A stretch of 64,000 nt of DNA from an uncultured virus (IMG/VR IMGVR_UViG_3300027736_000024) (Duplodnaviria > Heunggongvirae > Uroviricota > Caudoviricetes), in IMG/VR virus record IMGVR_UViG_3300027736_000024, positions 1-64,000 of that record; one strand, 5' to 3'. Shown one piece after another: positions 51,491 through 61,715 of the stretch. The position numbers and the translations under genes were made by a program. Below the pieces are notes generated by a model, which made no database searches, was not told the DNA's origin, and worked only from the letters and a program-made list of their open reading frames with translations. Position 1 is the stretch's first letter. Every line of letters starts with the position of its first letter.

Positions 51491-51644
51491 AGGTCTTGGA
51501 GACACTATTGCTAAAGTAACTAATTTTTTTGGTATAGATATTTTAGCAGATAAAATAGCAAAATTCTTTGGTAAAGAAGACTGCGGCTGCACTAGAAGAA
51601 AAGACAAATTAAATAAACTTGTTCCTTATAAAAAAAATAAATAG
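51444..51644 (+). CDS. Small hypothetical protein with CGC motif
   Basis: KGLGDTIAK..DCGCTRRKDKLN. Confidence 0.6.
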   Translation: MKKNQKIKQDLNQKSKGLGDTIAKVTNFFGIDILADKIAKFFGKEDCGCTRRKDKLNKLVPYKKNK

Positions 51645-51646
51645 TT

Positions 51647-52666
51647 ATGAAATTAGAAAAATTTGAAAAACTTAAGGTACGATTAGAAATACTTAAGTTA
51701 GAAAAAAACTTTTTTACTTTAGATAAGGTTTTATATTATTTTTCTTTTTTAGGAAATATATTTCTTATTTATTTCGGATATTTCTTTATCAAATCAATTA
51801 CAGATACCCTACCTAATTTATTTCCATATCAAAATACATTTTTAGCAATTTTTATTGCTCTATTTTTAACTGGTTATGAATTAACAAAAAGATTTGTAGT
51901 AGAACAATTCACTATTTTTGCTTTAAAAAGTAAATCATTTACAGCAGGATTAGTTTTTGGATTAGCAGTTTCTTTAATGTTGATAGCAGGATCTTTTTAT
52001 TTATCAATTAATGGTGCTCATAGACTTGTAGATAATACTCAAATAATTGTAAGTAAGATAGATGAAACGGCATCAATAAAATTAGATTCAGTATCTAAAT
52101 ATTATGATAAAGAAATTCTATATTATAGGACTCAACCTGCAAAAACAAGACAAGATAGAAAATATAGGGATTCTATAGTCGCTGAATTACAAATCAGTAA
52201 AGATAAAAGACTTGCAGAAATAGAAACAAAAATTAAAGCAGGTTCTAAATTAGATATAGATAAAAATAAAGAGAATGACACAGCATTTATCTTTATGACT
52301 TTTTTCTTAGAGTTTATTATAGTTTTAGGAGTTGGATTTAATTCATTCTATACAGTTGGATCATATAATGAAACAAAAACTCTTTTACAAACTCCAAAAT
52401 ATAAACAAATACAACTTAATTTACAACTACTTAAATTATATTATCAAGCAGGAAAAAAGAATTCTGGAGACGCAGTATTATCTGCTAGTAAATTTCAATC
52501 TATAGTAAAAAATCAAAAAATAGGATGCACTCAGTCTGAAGTAAAAAACTTTATAGTACTTTGTTTTGAATTAGGTATAACTAAAGAGATTAGAAGCAGA
52601 AAAAAAGAGTATCAAGTATCTTATGAAGAGGCTAAAGCATTGATTCTCAAGGACGAAATACTGTAA
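51647..52666 (+). CDS. Multi-pass membrane protein
   Basis: About four hydrophobic helices flanking a charged loop. Confidence 0.6.
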   Translation: MKLEKFEKLKVRLEILKLEKNFFTLDKVLYYFSFLGNIFLIYFGYFFIKSITDTLPNLFPYQNTFLAIFIALFLTGYELTKRFVVEQFTIFALKSKSFTAGLVFGLAVSLMLIAGSFYLSINGAHRLVDNTQIIVSKIDETASIKLDSVSKYYDKEILYYRTQPAKTRQDRKYRDSIVAELQISKDKRLAEIETKIKAGSKLDIDKNKENDTAFIFMTFFLEFIIVLGVGFNSFYTVGSYNETKTLLQTPKYKQIQLNLQLLKLYYQAGKKNSGDAVLSASKFQSIVKNQKIGCTQSEVKNFIVLCFELGITKEIRSRKKEYQVSYEEAKALILKDEIL

Positions 52667-52697
52667 GCCAATATTTTTTTATTGTAAAATTATTTTG

Positions 52698-52705
52698 TAT
52701 ATTTG
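52698..52705 (+). promoter_or_regulatory. TAnnTTTG promoter element directly before polA (near-leaderless)
   Basis: TATATTTG ends 4 nt before ATG 52710. Confidence 0.5.
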
Positions 52706-52709
52706 ATAT

Positions 52710-55013
52710 ATGAATAAAAGTTATGTAACCGTAGACACAGTAGACAAACTAAAAAGTGTAATAGAACACATTAAAGCAAACGAAGTAATAGCGTTTGATA
52801 CTGAGACAAATAGTCTTAATCCACGTAAAGGCAAAATCATAGGCTTCTCAGTTTCAGGAGAAGAAGGTAAAGGCTATTATATGCCAACTATGATATTCAA
52901 AGATAATGAGCTTCAAGACGCTATGATTGAAGATAAACTTGCTCATGATCTTGCAAAGAAAACAATATCACTACTTATTGGAAAAAAATTAATTATGCAT
53001 AACGCATCTTTTGATACAAGATTCGTTAAGTGTTTTTATGGTATTAATTTACTTCCTAGTCTTTATGCAGATACGCTTTTATTAGTTCATACAGTAAAAG
53101 AAGAAGGCGCAGGTTATATGGCAGGTTCTCCATTCGGTCTTAAGGATATTGCTAAAATGATTCAAGCACATATCGGTTTAGATATTGAAAAATCTGCTAA
53201 TGAAGAACAAATAGCTCTTAAGACTTCTATTAAAGAAAATGGCGGATCAATTACAAGAGAGAGTTATGAAATATGGAAAGCTGATCTAGAACTACTTTCA
53301 GAATATGCTGCTGCAGATACTGACTTAACTTTAAGAGTTTATAATCATTTTATTAAGCAGCTTTACGCAGAAGGTCTAGAAAAGTTTTTCTTTGAAGATG
53401 AGGTTATGCCTTTATATAAAGAGGTTACAATTCCAATGGAGCAAGTAGGTGTTAAATTAGATCTTCCTTTAATTAATAAAGCAAAGACAGATATTGAAAT
53501 ACATTTAAAAGAATATTCTGATCTTGTAACGAAAGAGTTATTACAAAATTCAGATGTAAAAGCTTGGGTAGTTTATAAAGCTAAAGATGCATATCCAGCA
53601 AATAATAAAGGAACATTTGCTCAAGAGTTATGTAAAGAGTTTGATCTACCTTTAGAAAGGTCAGAAAAAACACAAAAATTTAATATAAATAAATCTGCAC
53701 TAACAAGACTTCCTGAATCTCAAATAAAACACTTTTTAATACATGGAGATCCTGCAGTACTAGATAAAGACCTATGTATTAAAATTAGTCTTCGTTTATG
53801 GAAAGAAGATAATGATGGGGCATTCTTTAATATACAGTCTAAAGATCAAATGGGTGAAATTGCTTTTGGAGTTCTTGGTATTAAACCAATGTCAAAGACT
53901 GCAAAAGGTAAACCTCAATTTGATGATGATATGGTCCAATCAATAGCAGAGAAATATAGCTGGGCAAAAAACCTTAGAATATATAATAGACTACTTAAAA
54001 TTAGATCTACTTACATAGAAAGATTTTTAACAGCTCAAGAAGATGGTAGATACTATTTCTATTATAAACAACATGGTACAGTATCTGGTAGATATGGTTC
54101 TGATGCTCAACAATTACCTAGACCTAAAGAGGAAGGCGATGATGATCCAATAGTTATTGAATATAATAATTTGATCCGAGCATTTTTTATACCTGATGTA
54201 CATAATATTTTTATCGATTGTGACTATGAATCTCTTGAGCCTCATACATTTGCTCACGTATCTGGTGATGAAGGCTTAAAAGATATTTTTAGAAATGGTT
54301 GGGATTTTTATTCTACAATTGCTATAAAAACAGAAAAACTAAATCAATATTCTCCAGATAAAAAAGCACCAAACTATCTACGTAAGTTAGATCCTAAACT
54401 AAGAAATAAAGCTAAAGCTTATTCATTAGGTATTCCTTATGGAATGGGTGCTTATGCTCTAGGTATGAATTTAGGTATTCCTACTAAAGAAGCAAAAAAA
54501 CTTGTTGAAGGTTATTTAAGTGGGTATCCGCAACTTAGAGAGTGGATGGATTCTTCTAAAGCTCAAGCAAAAGCTGTAGGATTTGTTAAGACTCAAGTTG
54601 GTCGTGTAAGACACTTACCTAAAGTAAAAGCGATCTATGATAAAATTGGAGACGATCTACTCGACTGGAATATCAAGAAAGAGATGGAGTATCAATATGG
54701 CGTAGATAAAGTAAAAAACCTCTCGAGAGACTATATAAATGGATTAAATAATAGTTGTAATGTTCAAATTCAAGGTCTTGCTGCATCTATTGTAAACAGA
54801 GCGGCATTAGCTATCAATAGAAAGTTTAAGGAACTAAATATACGTGGCTGGGTATGCGCACAGATCCATGACCAGTTAGTTATTGAAGTAGATCATGATA
54901 TCGCAGAAGATGCGGCCAAAATAGTCCAGGATTGCATGGAGAATACAACTAAACTTAGTATTGCTTTGAAAGCACCACCATCCCTAGCTAAAAACCTTCG
55001 TGATGGTCACTAA
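52710..55013 (+). CDS. polA: Family-A DNA polymerase with 3'-5' exonuclease
   Basis: Exo motifs FDTET, HNASFD, YAAAD; TVSGRYGS; motif A DYESLE, motif B RNKAKAYSLGIPYG, motif C QIHDQL. Confidence 0.93.
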   Translation: MNKSYVTVDTVDKLKSVIEHIKANEVIAFDTETNSLNPRKGKIIGFSVSGEEGKGYYMPTMIFKDNELQDAMIEDKLAHDLAKKTISLLIGKKLIMHNASFDTRFVKCFYGINLLPSLYADTLLLVHTVKEEGAGYMAGSPFGLKDIAKMIQAHIGLDIEKSANEEQIALKTSIKENGGSITRESYEIWKADLELLSEYAAADTDLTLRVYNHFIKQLYAEGLEKFFFEDEVMPLYKEVTIPMEQVGVKLDLPLINKAKTDIEIHLKEYSDLVTKELLQNSDVKAWVVYKAKDAYPANNKGTFAQELCKEFDLPLERSEKTQKFNINKSALTRLPESQIKHFLIHGDPAVLDKDLCIKISLRLWKEDNDGAFFNIQSKDQMGEIAFGVLGIKPMSKTAKGKPQFDDDMVQSIAEKYSWAKNLRIYNRLLKIRSTYIERFLTAQEDGRYYFYYKQHGTVSGRYGSDAQQLPRPKEEGDDDPIVIEYNNLIRAFFIPDVHNIFIDCDYESLEPHTFAHVSGDEGLKDIFRNGWDFYSTIAIKTEKLNQYSPDKKAPNYLRKLDPKLRNKAKAYSLGIPYGMGAYALGMNLGIPTKEAKKLVEGYLSGYPQLREWMDSSKAQAKAVGFVKTQVGRVRHLPKVKAIYDKIGDDLLDWNIKKEMEYQYGVDKVKNLSRDYINGLNNSCNVQIQGLAASIVNRAALAINRKFKELNIRGWVCAQIHDQLVIEVDHDIAEDAAKIVQDCMENTTKLSIALKAPPSLAKNLRDGH

Positions 55014-55136
55014 AAAGAAAAATTATTTATCTCTACAAAAATTATATATATTTATAATAAAAGGTACGGTAGGCCTTTAGTTACGAAATAAACAATTATA
55101 AACCGTTCACCGGAAGGGAACACAAAACAAAAAAAC

Positions 55137-55547
55137 ATGGGAACATTAAGACCATTAGAGCTTGATCCATTCGACTTGCTCTGGAAAGACCTCTTCGAAA
55201 CAGTACCACACTTCTCTGCAATTACGCAGAAAATATCGCATCCAGTAGACATTTATGAAACAGAAAACGGCATCTCTTTTGAGGTTGCTGCAGTAGGCCT
55301 AGACAAAGAAGACATAGACATTCTAGTTGACGGAGACCAACTTCGTATTAAATACGAAAAAGTAAAACCAGTAAATCAAGAATCTGTTATTTATCGAGGA
55401 ATTAAAAGATCAGGATTTGATCTAAGTTGGAAAATCTCAGTTAAATTTGAAATTTCTAAATTAGAAGCAAAACTTGAAAAAGGACTTTTAATTTTAGATA
55501 TTCCTTACGCAGAATCTAAAAAACCAAAACAAATAGAAATTAAATAA
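55137..55547 (+). CDS. Small heat-shock protein (Hsp20)
   Basis: PVDIYE, GLDKEDIDI, YRGIKRSGF, AKLEKGLLILDIP, KPKQIEI. Confidence 0.93.
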   Translation: MGTLRPLELDPFDLLWKDLFETVPHFSAITQKISHPVDIYETENGISFEVAAVGLDKEDIDILVDGDQLRIKYEKVKPVNQESVIYRGIKRSGFDLSWKISVKFEISKLEAKLEKGLLILDIPYAESKKPKQIEIK

Positions 55548-55570
55548 AGTAAGGCCTACCTACCTAAGTT

Positions 55571-55759
55571 ATGTTTTCAATCTGCAAAAATTTCATTAAA
55601 GTAAATGATGACTTATTTTTAGTCAAGCGAGTTCTATTCGAAGATCGGATAAAAGATCTTGAAGGAATTAAACAATGGCTTGGAGCAGATTCTGTTTATA
55701 AAAAAGATAACCTACTCTATTTTTGTATTAAAATAGATGAATTAGAAATTGTAAATTAA
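55571..55759 (+). CDS. Small hypothetical protein
   Basis: 62 aa between hsp20 and groES. Confidence 0.5.
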   Translation: MFSICKNFIKVNDDLFLVKRVLFEDRIKDLEGIKQWLGADSVYKKDNLLYFCIKIDELEIVN

Positions 55760-55765
55760 CAATAT

Positions 55766-56056
55766 ATGAATAAAATAACCCCGCTAAATGGTTTCATTTT
55801 GTTGAAACCAATAGAGACACAAGAAGAGACATTCGGTAATATCATTATTCCTGATCTAGGCAAAGAAAGACCTGAAATGGGAGAAGTAGTAGCAACCTCT
55901 GATATCTACAATTATCATACAGATAAATTTGTAGTATCCAATATAGAAGTAGGAGAGATTGCACTAATCCCTAAAATGGGATCTCAAAGAATTGTTCTTG
56001 ACGGACAAGACTATTTCATTTGCAAAGAAACGGATATTTTAGGAATTATTGAATAA
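55766..56056 (+). CDS. groES: Co-chaperonin GroES
   Basis: PLNGFILL, GNIIIPD..KERP..GEVVA, ETDILGII. Confidence 0.93.
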   Translation: MNKITPLNGFILLKPIETQEETFGNIIIPDLGKERPEMGEVVATSDIYNYHTDKFVVSNIEVGEIALIPKMGSQRIVLDGQDYFICKETDILGIIE

Positions 56057-56073
56057 AAAAATTAAATAATATT

Positions 56074-57699
56074 ATGAGTACAACAAAAAATGTTTTCGGA
56101 ACAGAACTTAAAGAAAAGTTATTGTCCGGTATAGAAAAATTAAATGCATCAGTATCATCAACACTAGGTCCAGGTGGACGCACTGTTTTAATTCGTGAAC
56201 AGAATGGAGAAGTCAAAGTTACAAAAGATGGTGTAACAGTTGCTAAAGCTTTTCATAAACTAGAAGATGATATTGAAGATCTTGGTGCACAACTTGTAAA
56301 ACAAGTAAGTATTAAATCTGCAAATGAAGCAGGTGATGGTACAACAACATCTACACTTATTGCAACTGAAATTGTAAAAGCTGGATTAAAAGAAATTCGC
56401 CAAGGTTATAATGCTGTTGAGATTAAAAATGAAATTGATAAAATTGTTTTAGAAGTAATTCAAGAAATTAAAGATAAAGCAATTGAGATTTCTTCTGAAG
56501 AACAAATTAAACAAGTAGCAACTATTTCAGGTAATAATGATCCAGAAGTTGGAAATTTAATTGCTACCGCAATTGATAAAGTTGGTCGTGAAGGTGTTGT
56601 AACTATTGAAGAATCTAAGACAGGAGAAACTTGTCTTGAAGTTGTTGAAGGTATGCAATTTGATCGTGGATATAAATCTCCATATTTTGTTACTAACAAT
56701 ACAACAATGCAAGCAGGTCTTGAAAATCCTTATATCTTATTGTATGATGGACGTATTACAACTGCACAAGAATTGCTTCAAGTACTTACAAAAGCAAATT
56801 CAGAAAATAAATCGCTATTAATTATTGCAGAAGATATTGGAGATGAAGCTCTAGCAACATTAATTGTAAATAAAATGCGTGGCATTATTCAAGTATGCGC
56901 AGTAAAAGCACCAGATTTTGGTGAAAGAAAAACCCTGATCTTAGAAGATATTGCTATCTTAACCGGAGGTCAAGTTGTTTCTAAAGATAAAGGACATAAG
57001 CTTGATAAATTAACCCCAGCTCAACTTACAGATTTCTTAGGCACTGCTAGAATGTCAACTATTACTAAAGAAGAAACTACTATTGTAGATGGTAAAGGAG
57101 ACGAAGCTAAAATTGAAGCTAGAGCAATTGAGATCAAAGATCAAATTGAAAAAGCTACTTCATTTTATGAGAAAGAAAAACTACAAGAAAGACTTGGTAA
57201 GTTGATTGGTGGTGTTGCAATTATTTCTGTAGGTGGTAATTCTGATATTGAAATTAAAGAAAAGAAAGACCGAGTAGAAGACGCACTATTTGCAACTAAA
57301 GCAGCGCTTGAAGACGGAGTAGTTCCAGGAGGAGGTACAGCATTGTATCAATCTTCTCTTAATCATAGAGCAGAGACAAGTGTTAATGTTGCAATTGCTA
57401 GGTCAATTTTATTAGATGCACTACAAGCTCCATTTAAGAAAATCCTTGATAATGCAGGAGTAAAAGATTGGTGGAATTATATTCCAAGTGAATTAGTCAA
57501 AAATAAAATTTATGATGCAAAGAATCATAAAATGGTAGATGCTTTTGAAGCTGGTATTATTGATCCTGCAAAAGTGGTTATCACAGCGCTTAAAAATGCT
57601 GCATCGGTAGCCGGAACAATTCTAACAACAGAAAGTGTTATTTTTGAAAAATTAAATAAAGATGAGAAACCAGCAGATCCTATGATGGGTATGATGTAA
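56074..57699 (+). CDS. groEL: Chaperonin GroEL
   Basis: [45 protein letters not shown], terminal MMGMM. Confidence 0.97.
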   Translation: MSTTKNVFGTELKEKLLSGIEKLNASVSSTLGPGGRTVLIREQNGEVKVTKDGVTVAKAFHKLEDDIEDLGAQLVKQVSIKSANEAGDGTTTSTLIATEIVKAGLKEIRQGYNAVEIKNEIDKIVLEVIQEIKDKAIEISSEEQIKQVATISGNNDPEVGNLIATAIDKVGREGVVTIEESKTGETCLEVVEGMQFDRGYKSPYFVTNNTTMQAGLENPYILLYDGRITTAQELLQVLTKANSENKSLLIIAEDIGDEALATLIVNKMRGIIQVCAVKAPDFGERKTLILEDIAILTGGQVVSKDKGHKLDKLTPAQLTDFLGTARMSTITKEETTIVDGKGDEAKIEARAIEIKDQIEKATSFYEKEKLQERLGKLIGGVAIISVGGNSDIEIKEKKDRVEDALFATKAALEDGVVPGGGTALYQSSLNHRAETSVNVAIARSILLDALQAPFKKILDNAGVKDWWNYIPSELVKNKIYDAKNHKMVDAFEAGIIDPAKVVITALKNAASVAGTILTTESVIFEKLNKDEKPADPMMGMM

Positions 57700-57703
57700 A
57701 AAT

Positions 57704-57728
57704 AAAGCCCCACTTTGGTGGGGTTTTT
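57704..57728 (+). terminator. Rho-independent terminator after groEL
   Basis: AAAGCCCCAC-TTTG-GTGGGGTTTTT. Confidence 0.85.
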
Positions 57729-57757
57729 CATATATTTATTATAGTAAATAATAAAAA

Positions 57758-58015
57758 ATGAAATCACAACTAAACGAAGTAAATAAGCTACAAAAGACAG
57801 CGGGTATTAAAATTAATGAATTGTTTGGCAAAGCATCTAAAGCACCAGATGATCAAATAAATTACCTTTCTTCGGTTTTTAATTTCATGCCTGATGATGT
57901 AGTCTATGCAGCAGAAGACTTAGAAAAAGAATTAAAAAAAGTAGGCGTAAAATTTAGTGGTGAATTAATAAATGCCATAAAAGACTTAGTCGTAGCTGCT
58001 AGAAATTCAAAATAA
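57758..58015 (+). CDS. Small stand-alone protein, possible internal head protein
   Basis: Own ATATTTAT motif and terminator; N-terminus LNEVNKLQKTAGIKINE. Confidence 0.55.
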   Translation: MKSQLNEVNKLQKTAGIKINELFGKASKAPDDQINYLSSVFNFMPDDVVYAAEDLEKELKKVGVKFSGELINAIKDLVVAARNSK

Positions 58016-58026
58016 AAAAATAAGTG

Positions 58027-58052
58027 AAGCCCTCAATTACGAGGGCTTTTTT
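58027..58052 (+). terminator. Rho-independent terminator
   Basis: AAGCCCTC-AATTAC-GAGGGCTTTTTT. Confidence 0.85.
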
Positions 58053-58095
58053 ATTATACTTAATAGATAAAGTTTCTAAGTAATTAGAAATTGTT

Positions 58096-58103
58096 TATAT
58101 TTG
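58096..58103 (+). promoter_or_regulatory. TAnnTTTG promoter element heading the modification cluster
   Basis: TATATTTG 16 nt before ATG 58120. Confidence 0.55.
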
Positions 58104-58119
58104 AATAAATAAACAGGTT

Positions 58120-59052
58120 ATGAAAGCAGCAATTGTAGGAATGCTAAATAATGTGAGTAACAGTCAAAATCACCATGGCGGAGGTTATTCGCGGATCATG
58201 GTAAGTATACTAAAAGAATCTATTCCAGAAGTAGAATTTACACTTAATCCAGAACCTAGTACTTGGAATGAGTATGACTGCCTTTGCATTTTAGAAGGAG
58301 TCAACTATCAAGAAAATACTTTTAATTTTATTGGAGGTCCTCAACCTGAACATACTGAAAAGCTAAAAGCTATTCTTGATTATAAAGGTACTATTAAATT
58401 TATTAATAAATCATTAGACTTTTCTCAATTCAATAAAAGATTTGCTCTTGAAGGAGAATTTCCTACCGGTAAAACTATTGACTTTGCTACTAAGTATGGT
58501 GAAAAAACTAAAAAAATAGTTGTAGGAGATTCACATTCACTTAGTGTTTGGAAGCCTGGTTTTGGTATTAATAGAACAGATGGAAAAACTTTATTTGGTT
58601 TCTTAAAAAATGCAGATTCTTTAGTTGAAGAGTGGAATCAAAAGTATGATGAAGTAATTTTATACTTTGGTAATATTGATCTTCGTTTTCATTTAATGAG
58701 ACAAGAAAATCCAAGAGCGGCGGTAGGAGACCTATTTAGAAGGTATATAGAGTTTGCTAAAAAATTAAATAACGCAACTCTAGTTAATTTGTTACCTGTT
58801 GAGCATGAAAGTCGTAAATTACCTGGTACAGGTTTATATCTTAAACAACCATTCTTTGGAACAAGACAAGAACGAATGAATTTAAGAGACGCTGCAAATA
58901 GAATCATAAATAATTCAGGACTTAATACAATTCAATGGCCTGATGAATGGATTGATGAAGATGGTACAAAAATGTTTGAGTACATGGAACCTAAACAATC
59001 TGTACATTTAAAGCCTAAATATTATAAGTACTTTAACCAATATAATGACTAA
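58120..59052 (+). CDS. Two-domain protein with SGNH-like C-terminal domain, function unknown
   Basis: VVGDSHS (block I-like), YFGNID (block III-like), SVHL (block V-like). Confidence 0.5.
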   Translation: MKAAIVGMLNNVSNSQNHHGGGYSRIMVSILKESIPEVEFTLNPEPSTWNEYDCLCILEGVNYQENTFNFIGGPQPEHTEKLKAILDYKGTIKFINKSLDFSQFNKRFALEGEFPTGKTIDFATKYGEKTKKIVVGDSHSLSVWKPGFGINRTDGKTLFGFLKNADSLVEEWNQKYDEVILYFGNIDLRFHLMRQENPRAAVGDLFRRYIEFAKKLNNATLVNLLPVEHESRKLPGTGLYLKQPFFGTRQERMNLRDAANRIINNSGLNTIQWPDEWIDEDGTKMFEYMEPKQSVHLKPKYYKYFNQYND

Positions 59053-60095
59053 TGCAAAAATTTATAATTAACGAAAAACTTCTAGATGCATTAGATGAAT
59101 ATGATAAGCGAAGTCTACTAATGCAACAGCATGGTAGTTTAAAACTTCCGTATCAAGGAGATCTATATAAAGATATAAATGATGATCTAATTTATCACGT
59201 ACCTATTTATGATACTGCGCATCGTAGATTTGCTGCATTCTGTGCATTTACTGAAGCTATATGGTATAAAGAAAAAGATATAAGGGGAATGGGTAATCAC
59301 TTTACCAATCATGATATTAAAGATGATTTTAATTGGTTCATGTTATTTTATTTATTTAGGTTGTGTGGTTCAGGAATTAATTATGTACCTAGATATAAAA
59401 CAGATCATATCAAGGACATATTAGGAACGCATGGTTTCGGTAATTTTTGGATCGTAAATTCTATATTGAAAGAGCATTACACATGGCCAGAATGGAAGCA
59501 AGACCTTTATAATAGGATAACTCCATTTACAGATAATAAAGGTTATCTACTTCCACAATTTACATTTGAAGGTGAAACTAGAGGACACTTAAGAAGATTT
59601 ATTCTTGATCATGCAGAAGGTTTAGTTAGACACATATATGAAGCTGTTACTACAAAAAGACTCGACATATATCAAGTAACTGATTTAGGTAATGAATATC
59701 TAAACAATATTGGATTTAAAAGACAGAATTTTGTTGTAACTGCATTTGCAGCCGATTTAGCAGAGTATTTTCCACAGTACGTTAATCCTAAAGGTTGGGT
59801 ATATGCTGGAACAAATGCAGTTCGTTGTATTAAAGCAATATTTCCTAAAGTAAGTCCTAAAATAAAAGAGTTCGAATATATTAATGAAGTACTACAATTC
59901 TTATCAAATAGATATAACTTAAATCCTATTGATTGTGAAGATAGTAGAGCTTGTGACGTAGTAAGATATTTTCAAGAATATCAGTCCGAAGATCATATTA
60001 TTAAAAACAATGGTAGAAGAATGTATAATAATTCAATTCTCAAACAAACGTGGGGTCATGATAAATACTATGACTTCGCAACTAAATTAAAATAA
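59052..60095 (+). CDS. 5-hydroxymethylpyrimidine DNA kinase-like (aGPT-Pplase1-type) DNA-modification protein
   Basis: Motifs DDLIYHVPIYDTAHRR, YLFR, F...FAADL, GTNAVRCI, DCEDSRACDVVRY parallel, in the same order, the family pattern DPIL..F.NV.R, LFR, F.A..DL, GPGA.RGL, D.E..LCE..KY (recalled, by eye). Confidence 0.55.
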   Translation: MQKFIINEKLLDALDEYDKRSLLMQQHGSLKLPYQGDLYKDINDDLIYHVPIYDTAHRRFAAFCAFTEAIWYKEKDIRGMGNHFTNHDIKDDFNWFMLFYLFRLCGSGINYVPRYKTDHIKDILGTHGFGNFWIVNSILKEHYTWPEWKQDLYNRITPFTDNKGYLLPQFTFEGETRGHLRRFILDHAEGLVRHIYEAVTTKRLDIYQVTDLGNEYLNNIGFKRQNFVVTAFAADLAEYFPQYVNPKGWVYAGTNAVRCIKAIFPKVSPKIKEFEYINEVLQFLSNRYNLNPIDCEDSRACDVVRYFQEYQSEDHIIKNNGRRMYNNSILKQTWGHDKYYDFATKLK

Positions 60096-60104
60096 AACAA
60101 AAAA

Positions 60105-60788
60105 ATGAAAAAAATCACAATCATAGTAGTAGGTCTACTAGTAACATTATTCAGTTGTAAAACAAAAAATGAAGACATTAAATTTGATAAAGCTGTAAAA
60201 ATTCACCAAGGATCTTTTGCATTCTGTGGAGCATCAGCAGCAATTCCTACTGGAAAAAAGATTATTGTTCAAGGAGTAGAATATGATGAAGGATGCGCTG
60301 TATGTCCTGTATTAACAGGTCCATCTATTTCTAATTTAGTAATGGAAGGTGTAAGCGGAACTTATGGAAAGTTTAATGTAAATAAAAACTTTCAAACTCC
60401 TGATGGAAGTGATACTACAGTATGGTCTTTATTTTGGTATTATGATTCAACAACTACTGTACCACAATTTAATCCAGCAACTAAAGAGTGGGAATTTTTA
60501 CCTCCTATAAATCGTTCGTTTATTGTAAATTTAGATTCTCCAAGTACGAGTGAAAGTAATATGTTTGCAATGCCAGGAGTTATCTTTGATACAACATCTA
60601 CTGGTATTATATTAGCAAGAGTATATGGACCACTTAATGAAGCAGCAGTTCCATTACGTAAAGCAGTTCCTGTTACATCTGGAATGAAATCTATTACTGC
60701 AGCTAAAGAAGGATTTCCATATCCAGTAGGAACCCCAGTGCCTATTATTGAATTAAGCAAAGAACTTCAAAAAGAAGAAAAAAAATAA
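60105..60788 (+). CDS. Lipoprotein, unknown function
   Basis: MKK + hydrophobic core + LFS-C lipobox followed by KTKNED. Confidence 0.7.
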   Translation: MKKITIIVVGLLVTLFSCKTKNEDIKFDKAVKIHQGSFAFCGASAAIPTGKKIIVQGVEYDEGCAVCPVLTGPSISNLVMEGVSGTYGKFNVNKNFQTPDGSDTTVWSLFWYYDSTTTVPQFNPATKEWEFLPPINRSFIVNLDSPSTSESNMFAMPGVIFDTTSTGIILARVYGPLNEAAVPLRKAVPVTSGMKSITAAKEGFPYPVGTPVPIIELSKELQKEEKK

Positions 60789-60791
60789 CTA

Positions 60792-61679
60792 ATGTTTTTA
60801 AACAAAGCTACAGATCAATCAAATTTAGATATGTCAGATGGTAGAGATTTAAACTATTATCTTGAAATGACAAAAGACTATAAACATGATTTTCAGTTTG
60901 AATTAAAACAAGCAGAAGGTTATACTATAGTAGATGATGGAACATTTCAATACGGAAGTAAAGCTAAAATGGCCGACTTCATGATTAGTCAAGTAAAAGA
61001 AGATACTTTAATTTATGTAGCGCCAAGAACAGGTTATGCTCCTTATTCACTTACTTATCTTGCAAAAAAATATAATAAGAAGTTGATCCTGTTTATGCCA
61101 GCATCTAAAGAAGCATCAGAACACCAACTAAGAGTTATTGAAGATGGTGTGACTCCTATATTTTTAAAAACTCCTGCTATGCCAACTATTAATGGTTGGG
61201 CAAAAGATTTTGCAAAAAAAATTGGAGCGAAGTATTTACCATTTGGACTTAAACATGAACAAGTTGTAGCAGGGGGAGTAAGAATATTTCATGATGCATT
61301 TAAAGATAAAATAATTCCAAATATGTGGACTGTATTTTCTACAGGAGTTTTATCTAGAACATTACAAATCGCTCTACCTAATACAAATTTTAATGCTGTA
61401 GCAGTAGCAAGAAATGTGCAACCAGGTGAATTAGGTAGAGCTAAATTTTATACACACCACAAAGACTTTCTAAAAAATGCTGAAACAGAAACTCCATTTG
61501 ATTGTATAAAAACTTATGATGCAAAAGGTTGGGAATACATGAAAAAATATGGACACTTAAAAGATTGGTTTTGGAATGTAGCTAGAAATATGCCAAAGCC
61601 AACAATTAAGCCAAGTGATATTGATTCTCAACGAGAGTGGGGCGATAAGTCTGATATTATTAAGTACTTAGGAGAATAG
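60792..61679 (+). CDS. PLP-dependent enzyme (fold type II/PALP-like)
   Basis: VDD....GSKAK (putative PLP lysine), APRTGYA, YLPFGL, VFSTG phosphate-binding loop. Confidence 0.65.
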   Translation: MFLNKATDQSNLDMSDGRDLNYYLEMTKDYKHDFQFELKQAEGYTIVDDGTFQYGSKAKMADFMISQVKEDTLIYVAPRTGYAPYSLTYLAKKYNKKLILFMPASKEASEHQLRVIEDGVTPIFLKTPAMPTINGWAKDFAKKIGAKYLPFGLKHEQVVAGGVRIFHDAFKDKIIPNMWTVFSTGVLSRTLQIALPNTNFNAVAVARNVQPGELGRAKFYTHHKDFLKNAETETPFDCIKTYDAKGWEYMKKYGHLKDWFWNVARNMPKPTIKPSDIDSQREWGDKSDIIKYLGE

Positions 61680-61715
61680 TTTTATTAGATTAATAAATTT
61701 AATTATATTTACTTT

